64,000 nucleotides of DNA from Eledone cirrhosa (Eukaryota). Every line of letters begins with the position of its first letter. Position 1 is the first letter of the stretch. The translations under genes and the position numbers were made by a program. The notes beneath the pieces are model-generated. The model had not been told where the DNA came from. It saw only the letters and a program-made list of their open reading frames with translations, and searched no databases. Of the stretch, positions 52,733-64,000 are shown in pieces. Location: assembly GCA_964016885.1 (NCBI GenBank), contig CAXHJY010000115.1, forward strand, positions 1-64,000, written 5' to 3'.

Positions 52733-54621
52733 AGAAGAAGAATTGGTATGAGCATGTGCCTTGTAAAGTCATGCAGGAGGATGGGAAAGCAACAATATTC
52801 TGGGATTATGATTTCCAGACTGCTAGAGTAATTGAGCATATAGGGTAGCAGGGCGGGCAACTCTGTGGGGGTGGCCAGCACGTGGACACTTTGCTCATGA
52901 TAGTGAGAGTTGGGGATAGACAGAGGCAGTGAGAGTTTGGTTCCTTTGTGTTCAGACCTGGTGTATATGTATATATATATTTATTTACTGCACCACACAC
53001 ACACATTCATACCACTTCTTTTCGAAGACCCACAATCAAACAACAACAAAATCAACAGTTTAGAACTAGTTCAGTTGCTGATGGCTGCCCTGTCCTGCAG
53101 AATTTCCTGCTCTATAATTATTTCACTTAGCTGAATTATTCAAGTTAGACAAAACTTCAAATTAAACAATGCAGTTGTTTTGTTTGAACAAAAAAATGTC
53201 TAAGTTAATAATTGATTAATTAAATAACTACCCGTTAATGCTGGGGAAATGGAATGAATGACGAAGGAAAACAAATTATATATATGTATATATAGTTATG
53301 TATGTATATATGTATATATATATATGTATATGTATATATATGTATATATGTATATGTATATGTATGTATGTATGTATATATATATATATAAATTTAAAAC
53401 GTAAAAATAACCCCCACAAACTACATATACAAACATTGCAGCAAAGTCTGACCTATGCGGTGGTGGTGGGTGGGAGAGATGAGAGATTGTTTATATAACA
53501 GCAATGTTTTAGTTATATTAGTTAGTTTATAATAAAGGGAAATGACATGTTTGTTTTCAAGGACATGACGTGTTAACTCTCACAACAGAAGCTTAGTTAC
53601 AGAGTTGCATATACAACCAAGCTTAAGAGTTTATTTCAGGTGTGAAAATACCACAATAACAAGAAGACAATCATTTCTTCAAGGAAACAAACAGATTGAA
53701 GTGAATGTAAGTAATTTTTGTTATTCCTTTTCAAGTAGGCACACAAAACTTGTAAAAAAGTAATGCATATATTATTTACTCTTTAATAACAGAGGGAAAG
53801 GCAATACCAAGGGGTCTTTTCGTAGCCCCTGAGCTGGTGGGAAGGAGAGGAAGGGGTCCTCAAACTGGTGACCTGATCCGAATGCTTGCAACAAAACGGA
53901 CTCCACTAAAGTCACCAAAGGGCCAGATGTCAGCTGTACAAGTCCGAGGAAACGAATAACCAAGGAAAGAAAACTAACTTTCATCATGAACTGATGTGTT
54001 TATATGATTTTTAGATGGTCAAGAGAGCTTCTTCTTCTCAAACAAAAGATCTCAAGTGTCAGATTATGCCTCAATTTACGAATAACTTTGACAGTACTTT
54101 ATGTATTTTATGGAACGGACTTTGTAGGGATGTTTTCAGTATGATGTAGACTTGCACTGTCTTATCACCCGCAACAATCTGAATCATATTAACCAATGGC
54201 TAGGCCCTTATGTTGTCAAGTATTTTGGGTTCCCTTTAACCACTGAAGTCCTAAGCCACAGGTAACGGTGCCTTAGCCTCGTCAACCTTATGTATAAAAC
54301 AACCCTAGCGGAAATGCCATGAGAGTCTTGGCTTACCTCAATCTTTTTTAGGGGGAAACACCAGCATTCCCTGTTGTTAAGTGTAATTGAGTGTACATAC
54401 TGTCTCTCATTTTCCTGACTGGTTAATTTATATCGAGTTGTTTATTTTGTAAATTATATTCATTATATAAATTGTGTTTATATGTTTATTATTAATATCA
54501 TTATCATCATCAACAACACCATTATCATTTCGTTATATACCATTAAATAACACATTTTTTTAAAATGACTTACCTTTAAAATCTCTATTAATATATTATT
54601 TTTTATAGACTCTCTAAAGAT

Positions 54622-56769
54622 ATGGCAAATGTATCTATATTTGGAATCATCTGTGAAAAGAAAACAAATGTTTCTCTTCTTTACGCCAAACACACTGTTT
54701 CAATTGATGGATTTAGTGCACATGTTAACATCGAGGCTGAATATATAAATGAAAGCCAACACAAGACAGAAGCTAAGTTTGTTTTCCCTGTCGAAGAAGA
54801 CAGTGCTGTGTATAAATTTGAAGCTAAAATTGGTGATGTTCATTTGATTGCCAAATCTAAAGACAAAGATGTTGCCCAGAAGGAGTACAAAGAAGCTGTA
54901 GAAAAAGGACAGTCAGCTATTTTGTTGCGTGAAACAAGCACATCTGGGGATATATTTGAATATAGTTTAGGTAATATCCCACCAAAACAAAAGATCAATC
55001 TAAAAATATGCCTCGTTTCTGAACTTTCATGCGAAGTTGATGGAGCAGTAAAGTTTTATACACCTTTTGTTCTTAATCCCAGGTTTGGTCTTTTACCTAA
55101 AGATGAAAATTACCAAAAAGCACCAAAGCCAAAGGAATTTAGTTTCAATGCCTCAATCAAGTGGAATTCACAAATTAAAGATGTCATATCAATACATCCT
55201 ATTAAGGTTGAATATCAGGATAATAAGTCTCATGCTACTGTGAGAATGACAAAGGAGTTTAATTTTGAGAAAGACATCCTTCTCCATATTTACTATGAAG
55301 ATGTGAAGAAACCACAAGTGATTCTGGAGAAAGGTGATAGAAATGCTAAAGGAATGTTTTCTAAAGATATTATGATGATAAATCTATTTCCAAATCTTCC
55401 CCAAGTGAACTCTTTACCAGCTAATGACTACATCTTTATTATTGACCGGTCTGGAAGCATGAGTGGAGAGAAATTTGAAGCTGCTAAAGATACTTTGTTA
55501 CTTTTCTTGAAAAGTCTACCCCTGGGGTGCTCCTTTAACATTATAACTTTCAATAATTACTTCGAAGTTTTGTTCAAAGATGGAAGCCGAGAATATAATG
55601 AAGGTTCTCTGAATGAAGCATTGGAATTCCAGAATAATGTTTACGCAGCTGGTGGAACTGAAATGTTCAAAGCTATTAAATCCCTCTCTGATAAAAAAAC
55701 AGCTGACAATATTTATCGCCAAGTATTCCTGATAACTGATGGGGAAGTCTACAACACACATGAAATAATTCAATTGGTCAAAAAGCAAGCATACAACACT
55801 CGGTACTTCACGGTCGGTATTGGATCTGGAGCTTCTACAGAATTAGTGAAAGGTATTGCTCGAGCCGGGAGAGGTCAAGCAGAGTTTGTGATGGCAAATG
55901 ATGACCTTAAGGCAAAAGTTATACATTTATTGAAATTGTCAATGCAGCCATTTGTATCTTCAGTTTGTTTCTCTGCTGAAGTTAGTGACAGCAACAAAAA
56001 GTTACCCTTCATTTCAGTTCCAGAAAACATTCCTTGTATTTTCACCGAAGAAAGATTCATTATTTATCTAGTTTTTCCAGAAATTACGTCTGACTGTCAA
56101 AATGTTAAACTGAATCTTTCTGGTAAAATTGGTGAATCAGTATTTTCACTTGACTTTGAAACTAATTTGTTGAATCAGAGAGACAACGAAATGAAAATAC
56201 ACCGTCTTTGTGTGAGAAAGAAAATACAAGAACTGGAACTAAAAGAAGATTTAGGGAAAGACAATGGCGTAAAATCTGAGATTATTGATCTAGCTACAAC
56301 TGCTAACTTGGTTTCAAGGTACACAAGTTTTATTGGGTCGGAGAAATCATATTCAGTGAAACCCACGACTCGTGAGACTACATCCAAAAATTTTGATACT
56401 GGAAAATTTGGAGAGTTGCATAAATTTGACATAATAAAATTCAACTTCGAGAGTAAAGACAGACTGAAATCTTTGCTTGTCTTACAAACCTTTTCTGGAT
56501 ACTGGGACCTGAATGAGTTTTTAGCAACCATTTTGAAAGAATCCCTCGATCAACTTAAGCGGACAAAACCAGCAGTAAACGACAATATCTGGGCTACAGC
56601 ACTTGCAATTGTTTTCTTCAGAGAAAAATTAACATCACAAAAACATGAATGGGAGTTAATTGTTGATAAAGCTGTACGTTGGCTGAAGACTCAGAATACA
56701 CAAACAATTGGATTTGATCAAATAATGACTGACGCTTCACACGTGTTGAAAACAAAAGTATACACATAA
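54622..56769 (+). CDS. VWA5A: von Willebrand factor A domain-containing protein 5A-like (VIT + VWA), 715 aa, single coding exon
   Basis: VIT domain (EAKFVFPVEEDSAVYKFEA..SLGNIPP), VWA MIDAS FIIDRSGSM, GGTE, ITDG, TVGIGSGAS, and C-terminal LQTFSGYW..WATALA..EWELIVDKAVRWL. An acceptor TTTTATAG lies at 54608 and AATAAA overlaps the stop. Confidence 0.93.
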   Translation: MANVSIFGIICEKKTNVSLLYAKHTVSIDGFSAHVNIEAEYINESQHKTEAKFVFPVEEDSAVYKFEAKIGDVHLIAKSKDKDVAQKEYKEAVEKGQSAILLRETSTSGDIFEYSLGNIPPKQKINLKICLVSELSCEVDGAVKFYTPFVLNPRFGLLPKDENYQKAPKPKEFSFNASIKWNSQIKDVISIHPIKVEYQDNKSHATVRMTKEFNFEKDILLHIYYEDVKKPQVILEKGDRNAKGMFSKDIMMINLFPNLPQVNSLPANDYIFIIDRSGSMSGEKFEAAKDTLLLFLKSLPLGCSFNIITFNNYFEVLFKDGSREYNEGSLNEALEFQNNVYAAGGTEMFKAIKSLSDKKTADNIYRQVFLITDGEVYNTHEIIQLVKKQAYNTRYFTVGIGSGASTELVKGIARAGRGQAEFVMANDDLKAKVIHLLKLSMQPFVSSVCFSAEVSDSNKKLPFISVPENIPCIFTEERFIIYLVFPEITSDCQNVKLNLSGKIGESVFSLDFETNLLNQRDNEMKIHRLCVRKKIQELELKEDLGKDNGVKSEIIDLATTANLVSRYTSFIGSEKSYSVKPTTRETTSKNFDTGKFGELHKFDIIKFNFESKDRLKSLLVLQTFSGYWDLNEFLATILKESLDQLKRTKPAVNDNIWATALAIVFFREKLTSQKHEWELIVDKAVRWLKTQNTQTIGFDQIMTDASHVLKTKVYT

Positions 56770-57007
56770 ATAAATTTTCATTGAATATATAATGTTCTTG
56801 CGATTTAAATCGTTCTTTTACACCCAGTGAATAATTTTCAATTAACCATAATATCTAAAATCTTCTAAGCAGCTTATTTTAAAATATTTGAAACCTTGAA
56901 CCAGAAAAAAACTAACAATAAGATCACAGTCACACAGAATGACCCACAAGTCTCTTTGTTTCCTTTGTTAATATTTGTGTGTATATATATATATACATAT
57001 ATATAAA

Positions 57008-57170
57008 AGGGTGGTGGATTGGCAGTATCGGTAGAGCGTTGGACAACAGTTAGCTTTGCCTTTCATCCTTACGGTGTAGATAAAACAAAGTACCAGTAAT
57101 GCACTAGCGTCGATTTAGTCGACTTTCCCTCCCCCAAAATTGTTGGCCTTGTGCCTAAATCAGAAACCAA
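57008..57170 (+). mobile_element. Internally deleted SINE (GCCTTTCATCC core family)
   Basis: Head GGGTGGTGGATTGGCAGTATCGGTAGAG followed directly by the core. Confidence 0.8.
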
Positions 57171-58662
57171 TATTTTGTATATATATTTTTTATAACTTTT
57201 ATGCATCGCTTTGACATGAATTTTTTTTTTTTTCATAATAAATTTCCAGGTAACATATTTTCAAATTCTGAAGTAAAAATTGCAAAATAAATCATTGACA
57301 AAAAAGTTATTACTCTATTTCTCGGCGTCAAAGACTCTACTTTTTTCCCCTAAAATAAGTATAAAAAATCTACCCTGCGTCCTGGAGGCTGAAGGTTGTT
57401 TATTATTTTTTTTCAAATTTTTGATTGTCAAAATTAGGGAAATTCGGTAAGTTTTATAATGGTAAAAGTATGTAAGGACTGACATGTGATAAAAGACTAT
57501 AAGAAACACTGTTCACCGAGTGGGATTGGGTTTTTTGTTTCTGATAAGACTCCAAGGTGTGTGTGTTTGAGTGCACGCATGTGTGTATGCAAGCATGTGC
57601 GTGCATGTATATGTGTGAAAGTACTTACACTCATGCAATGGATATGCAATATGTTTCATTATTTATTTATTAACTGAAGCAGGTAACTATAGTTACATTG
57701 ATACCTGTCGTCTTGATTACACCACACATCAGTAAGTAAGTTAATGCATCATCAACCTCTTTATCTGTTTAGTAAGAAATGTGTGTGTGTAGGTCTGCGT
57801 ATCTACATGTGTGTGTGTTTCTGTCTATATATGTGTATGTTTGTGTAGGTAGGTCTGTGTACATGTAAATGTGTGTGTATATTTATATATAAGTGTGTGA
57901 GTATATATTTATATGTAGGTCTGCGTATCTATACGTGTGTGTGTGTGTGTGTGTCTTCATTTATTGAACACTTTCCCATGCAGCGTTAAGATGTAAGATA
58001 TGCAAGAAGTTTGATTAACTATACAGCTAGCTGAATCAACAGTTACAATACTTGTCGTGTCCTTAGCACAGGCGACAGAGCATTGGATAGAATGTCTTGC
58101 CATATTTGTTTCATTTCTCTGCACTCCGAGTTCAAATCCCACCAAGGTCAACATTCTAAATAAACTACACCAACATACACAGCATACCAAGGTCCCCAGA
58201 CTCAGACACAGAGTTTGTCACCCTCTTTTTCACCCGTTGCTTAATAGTCCTTGCTCTTTCCCTCCTTTTCTTCACATTTACGGCATTTATAGTCCTTTCC
58301 TCTACTTTCCTATACAGCCAGATCTGAAAAATTTATAAGCAGGGGTGGGGGATTATTATCCAAGACCCGAGAGTACTCATTCTAAAACACCAATCCACCC
58401 TATTCTCTCCTCTTCCACCATGAGTCTTCCTCTATTTATTCTGTCTCTGCTATTGAGAATTTAGTTTTGTCTGATGTTTCTGTGAGTACACAGGTGAAAC
58501 TCCAGTGTGACAAGGCTAACCACTTAGCCACAATAACGAATATATATAAATAGTCCTATACGAGCGAGACATGGTCACCCGATCAATCTTGCCTCAAGTG
58601 GGATAATTTCTGTCTAACTCATGCTACCGTGGAAGATTCATGAGGATGATGATATATATATA

Positions 58663-58892
58663 TCATCATCATCGTTTAACTTCCATCTTCCACGCTAGCA
58701 TGGGTTAGACGGTTTTGTTCCATTTGATGCGGGAATGGTTGGGAGACCATGTCTCGCTCGCTCGCACAAAAGCGTCTCTGGTAGGTTTTTTTTACAGCTG
58801 GTTGCCCTTCCTAACACCAATCACATTTACAGTGTGGACTGGGAGCCTTTTCACCGTGTGGCCTACACGGCCACCTTACAGTGTGGACTGGT
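58663..58892 (-). mobile_element. RTE 3' end fragment; an oppositely oriented fragment lies at ~58560-58650
   Basis: (CAT)n CGTTTAAC..CCACGCTAGCATGGGTTAGACGG, with an inverted partial copy immediately upstream. Confidence 0.75.
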
Positions 58893-59687
58893 GTATATGT
58901 ATATATATATAAATGTTTATCTTGTTTGCTTTTCCCACTTATAATTTTATAATGGTCTGATAAATTGATTATTTAATTAATTAGCAAAACTGCTAACTGA
59001 GGGACATAAAACGTTAAAAAAAAAACGTAAACCCTTTCCCCACCTAGATTGTGATTTTGATCCTTTCCTAAAGCCCCCTGCTTCCTTCATACAAAGTTTA
59101 TCCGGAAAGCTCTGTCCTTACATCAGCCTCTCTGAAGGACAAGACAGATTTACTTGACAACACTCATCCAACACATTACTAACCACCACTGATGGAAATG
59201 GGATTAGGAAGTAGAACTTTAAGGTAAGGAGAAGCTATCAACCCCCACCTCCATCTCTACCCCCTGTAAGAAGCTGGAAACATTGCCGGGGTTATTCCAC
59301 GAATGGCACCAGAGGTGTGTATCCAATGTTGGATTAAAGTAACTAAGGGGCCCTGCTAAAAGCTTAATGAAAATTAAAAGGACATGACTGTAGGCCTACA
59401 CATAGATCGCTGCCGAGATTCAAGCCACCCATGAAGAGCACTAAAACATGGGTAACGCCCAAACAAATGTATTTAATAAAAATTATAACAATCTAAATTT
59501 TGACAAAAAAAAAACAAAAAAACGATCCTGTGTGTGTGTATCTATTTGTGTGTTTAATGTCCCTTGCGATTACTGTACGTGTGTGTGTGTGTGTCAACGT
59601 CGCTTGGGATTACTGGATCTGAACTAATCTGGGGCTACTCAATAAAAATAAAATAAAAAAACAAACACTAACAGCAATAAATATCTA

Positions 59688-59866
59688 AAACAACAACAAC
59701 CATTACTACTACTACTACTACTACTACTGTTACTACTACTACTACTGCTGTTGCAACTACTACTACTACTGCTGCTGCTGCTACAACTACTAATACTATT
59801 TCATCAACCATCACCACAACCACCACTACGATCACCCCCACAACCACCACCACCACCACCACCACT
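59688..59866. repeat. Compound trinucleotide repeat (CAA/CTA/CTG/CAC)
   Basis: Seen directly in sequence. Confidence 0.95.
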
Positions 59867-59954
59867 AGACTGCGTAGTCATCGAAACAAATCAATCACTT
59901 CGTTGTTGTGATCATGGCAGTGTGGTTATACACACAAATACCTTAATTACTGCA

Positions 59955-60416
59955 GGTGGTGGTGGTCGTGAGAGTGTTGATAATGATGGTGATGGTGGTA
60001 AGGGTGCTGATAATGATGGTGGAGGTGGTGGTGTTGTTGGTGATGGTGGTGAGAGTGTTGATAATGATGGTGGTGATGGTGATTGTTGTAAGGGCGAGGG
60101 TGCTGATAATGATGATGGTGGTGGTGGTGGAGGTGATGGTAATAGTGATGGTGGTGGTAAGGGTGCTAATAATGATGATGGTGGTGGTGGTGGAGGTGAT
60201 GGTAATAGTGATGGTGGTGGTAAGGGTGCTGATAAAGGTGATGGTGGTGATGGTGCTAATAATGATGATGGTGGTGGTAAGGGTGCTAATAATGATGATG
60301 GTGGTGGTGGTGGAGGTGATGGTAATAGTGATGGTGGTGGTAAGGGTGCTGATAAAGGTGATGGTGCTGCTGATGATGGTTGTGGTGATGGTGGTGGTGA
60401 TGGTGATGGTAGTGTT
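59955..60416. repeat. (GGT/GAT)-based minisatellite with ~60-bp higher-order units
   Basis: Repeated GGTAAGGGTGCTAATAATGATGATGGTGGTGGTGGTGGAGGTGATGGTAATAGTGAT units. Confidence 0.92.
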
Positions 60417-60510
60417 TGATGACAAAAGAAATATTCAACAGATAAGAAGTGTCCACTGGCTGTTAACTACAGACTTATACAATCTTCTACATTACTTCGG
60501 TGACACGTAT

Positions 60511-60541
<31 letters not shown>

Positions 60542-60925
60542 CATACATATTCCCATATATATATATATATATATATATACTTACTATATATATTATGTAT
60601 GAAGCCTGATATGAAGGTAACTAACACTCTTTTGTGTGTCTGTATATAATGACTTAATGTGTTCATGTTTGATATTTTTTATACACTTTAACCCTTTTTG
60701 GTACTAAACCCCCGAAACCACCCTGGTTTTATGATACAAAACTTCCAATTTTAAAATATTCAAATACATTTTAAAACCTTCAATCAAATTTTTATTTGAA
60801 AGTTAAATTTGTAAATTAATCGTTCATAAAAATGATCAAACTTGAACACAGTGGTGTCTTTAATCTCACATATTTATTTTACTCTCATATTCATGTCACC
60901 TATAGATATATATTTCTTACCATGT

Positions 60926-60958
<33 letters not shown>

Positions 60959-60959
<1 letters not shown>

Positions 60960-61043
60960 TGGTCGTCAAGTATGAAATTTGTAGAAGTTTTTTTTTTTTT
61001 TTTTTTTACAAATTGCTACAAATTTCATACTTGACGATCCAAT
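60959..61043. mobile_element. Minimal Tc1/mariner-type MITE, copy 1
   Basis: TIR TTGGTCGTCAAGTATGAAATTTGTAG / CTACAAATTTCATACTTGACGATCCAA with TA flanks and a poly-T spacer. Confidence 0.75.
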
Positions 61044-61048
61044 ATATA

Positions 61049-61090
<42 letters not shown>

Positions 61091-61094
<4 letters not shown>

Positions 61095-61166
61095 GTCGTC
61101 AAGTATGAAATTTGTATAATTTTTTTTTTCTACAAATTTCTACAAATTTCATACTTGACGATCCAA
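61091..61166. mobile_element. Minimal Tc1/mariner-type MITE, copy 2
   Basis: Same TIRs as copy 1 with a shorter poly-T spacer. Confidence 0.75.
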
Positions 61167-61587
61167 TGTGTGTGTGTGTGTGTATGTGTGTGTGTGTGCA
61201 CTCACTATCCATTTAATTATACCCTGAAGTTAGCACACACACATACACAATCTAAGCACACGTACACAGAAAGACTGTAAAATCACGTACACAACATTTT
61301 TTATCCTCGCCCGTTTGTTGGAGATCCCAGCGAAGTCGTATATATATATTGGCAGTATCACTAACATAGCATGACTCATAATAAAGGTGTATATGAAGTT
61401 ATATTACTATATTTATGTACAATGAACACATATATATAAGTCTCGCTATGAGTATTCTAAACTATTATCATGTTGTCACAGTTATTGAAATAGCTGTGAC
61501 ATGATCACAACTTAAAACATTCATAGCTAGACTTATGAGTGTTTATTGTACATAAACATGTTATATACCTTTATTATCAAGGTAGAA

Positions 61588-61782
61588 AAGGGTGGTGGAT
61601 TGGCAGTATCGATAGAGGGTTGGGCGCTATGCTTTGCAACACAGAGTTACGTCCCTTTACGGACTGAGTTCAAATCCCGCCGAGGTTAACTTTGCCTTTC
61701 ATCCTTACGGGGTCGATAAAATAAAGTACCAGTAATGCACTGGGGTAATTGCTGGTCTTGTGCCAAAAGCAGAAACAATTAT
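61588..61782 (+). mobile_element. Full-length tRNA-derived SINE (GCCTTTCATCC core family)
   Basis: Box A-like TGGCAGTATCGATAGAG, box B GAGTTCAAATCCC, conserved core and AGAAACAATTATT tail. Confidence 0.85.
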
Positions 61783-61800
61783 TAAGGTAGATATGTATTT

Positions 61801-62887
61801 CAGAGGTTCTTAAGCTTTTGGGGCCATCACACCACGGCCTCGTAACACCCTCAGCGCCCTCAACCCTATTTCTAGGGAGACCTGCCTACACACAAATTGT
61901 AAATAATATATAATAACTAAAGTCGTTAATTTATATATAATAAATAATATAATATATACTATGTATAAATAAATATTATATATTTTTTATTTTACTATAT
62001 TTATATATATTATGTATCATTTGATATTTAATATACAGGGTGGTCTGAAAGTCTTGTCACCCTCTACCAAAAAGAAAATTATAATATTATTATATCATCA
62101 TCATCATCATCATCATCACCGTTTTACGTCTGTTCTTCCACGCTAGCATGGGTTAGACGGGTTGTCCTGTTGTGGGCATCGTCCGGTCGGCTGTCCTATC
62201 TTGTTCATACGGGAACTGATTCTGGCTGGATTTTTACAGCTGGATGCCCTTCCTAACACCACCCTCATTTACAGTGAGTGCTGGGTGCTTTTTTCCGTGG
62301 CACCTCCACGTCCACTTCTACAGCTGAGTAAACTGGAGCAATGTGAAATAAAGTGTCTTGCTCAAGGAAACAACACATCACCCGGTCCGAGAATTGAACT
62401 CACAACCTTTCGATTGCAAGCCCAAATATATTATAAGAAAATTATATTATTATTATTATTATATATTATAATTAATTGTTTCTACTTTTTGGCACAAGGC
62501 CAGCAATTATCCCAGTGCATTACTGGTACTTTATTTTATCGACCCCGTAAGGATGAAAGGCAAAGTTAACCTCGGTGGGATTTGAACTCAGACCATAAAG
62601 GGCTGTAACTCTTATATTATATTATTAAAACAAAAAATAATTGTTTCTACTTTTGGTACAAGGCCAGCAATTATCCCAGGGTATTACTGGTACTTTATTT
62701 TATCGACCCCATAAGGATGAAAGGCAATGACAGTTAAAACAATATGTAAGGGTGACAAGACTTTCGGACTACCCTGTACTATTATATTAATTCTACCGCT
62801 CCACAGCATCCCTTAGGCTCCAGCCTTTCACCCTGGACTTTCTCAATGTCCCCCTGGGGGTGGTAGCACCCACTTTGAGAACTTCTG
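61801..62887. mobile_element. hAT-type MITE hosting nested insertions
   Basis: Termini CAGAGGTTCTTAAG / TTTGAGAACTTCTG, with flanks ATGTATTT / ATGTATAC (6 of 8 matching, a decayed 8-bp TSD). Confidence 0.55.
62036..62776. mobile_element. Tc1/mariner-type MITE expanded by nested SINE/RTE fragments
   Basis: 28-bp TIRs CAGGGTGGTCTGAAAGTCTTGTCACCCT / AGGGTGACAAGACTTTCGGACTACCCTG with TA on both sides. Confidence 0.85.
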
Positions 62888-63223
62888 ATGTATACCTTCA
62901 TATAAACCTTAATTATTAAGGTAGCTATTATGTATGTTCATGATGTTCATGTTTATATACACACTAGCCGTCAACATCTGAAATCCAGTCAACTAATATA
63001 CAGACGTCATCCGCTCTATTGTTCCAATAGCTAATACACGTGCTAATGTTTATAAACATCCTCTCCATTTAGCATCTATACACCGTTTATTTAATATATA
63101 TATATTTAGTTATGTAATAAACAACATAAGATAATTATTTCATTTACCAGTGGTTTCTTGAAAGCAGATATATCTGTTTTCAGTCGTCAGAATATATCTG
63201 CTTTCAAGAAACCACTGGTAAAT

Positions 63224-63686
<463 letters not shown>

Positions 63687-63705
63687 ATATATAGATAAGT
63701 TATTC

Positions 63706-63961
63706 CGTATTGAATCGGAGGTAACCACAGTAAGTAAGGTACTCAATACATAGCAGAGTATAAAAGTTTTAATATAGAAGAGCTTCCACAGGACTAGAAC
63801 TGTTTCATTCGAGAGAAATCATCAGGGTTTCCTGATGATTCCTCCCGAATGAAACAGTTCAAATCCTGTAGAAGCCATTTCTATATAAAATATTTATACT
63901 CTGCTATGTATTGAGTACCTTACTTACTGTGGTTACCCTTGATTGAACCCAGGATAAACTT
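63706..63961. mobile_element. Fold-back hammerhead-bearing element in (TA)n (family A, copy 2)
   Basis: ~120-bp imperfect inverted arms around 63826-63831, homologous to 34186-34368. Confidence 0.82.
63826..63876 (+). ncRNA. Type I hammerhead ribozyme
   Basis: GGTTTC CTGATGA TTCCTCCCGAAT GAAACAG TTCAAATC CTGTA GAAGCC. Intact core, 6-bp helix I with one G-U, weakened helix II and a GUA triplet. Confidence 0.72.
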
Positions 63962-64000
63962 ATATTATATATATATATATATATATTATATATTATATAT

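Noticed and set aside
53775-54370. GC-richer segment in the VWA5A leader intron as a possible structured RNA or retroelement UTR
   Set aside because: I could not assign a family or a convincing fold by eye.
59751-60609. Gly/Asp-rich, Thr/Ile-rich and Val/Met-rich ORFs
   Set aside because: All are frames of a trinucleotide minisatellite, with no splice or start context identified.

Overview
Repeat-dense eukaryotic DNA. The SINE/LINE complement and compound (TA/CA)n satellites suggest a mollusc, probably an octopus (inference). Bases 1-26.5 kb are a giant strand-polarised (YA)n compound microsatellite holding four co-oriented retroposon insertions: two 5'-truncated CR1/L2-group LINEs and two copies of a short RTE-derived element ending in a C2H2 finger. 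All long ORFs over this satellite are artefacts. Three host genes are supported: the first coding exon of an MGST3-like (MAPEG) gene (minus, 27712-27843; its intron runs left through the satellite), a nine-coding-exon stomatin-like 1 gene (STOML1/UNC-24 type, SPFH + SCP2, plus, 36939-49379), and a single-coding-exon VWA5A-like gene (plus, 54622-56769). Other mobile DNA includes a Penelope-like element (RT + GIY-YIG), an internally deleted mariner, three large RTE LINE copies, many SINEs and several MITEs. The most notable observation is a set of short (TA)n-embedded, non-coding fold-back elements carrying hammerhead ribozyme motifs. One family occurs twice (34.2 kb and 63.8 kb) with back-to-back hammerhead cores on opposite strands and compensatory changes in helix I. 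Further hammerhead-like motifs lie sense in STOML1 introns. All folds and alignments were done by eye and are not computed.
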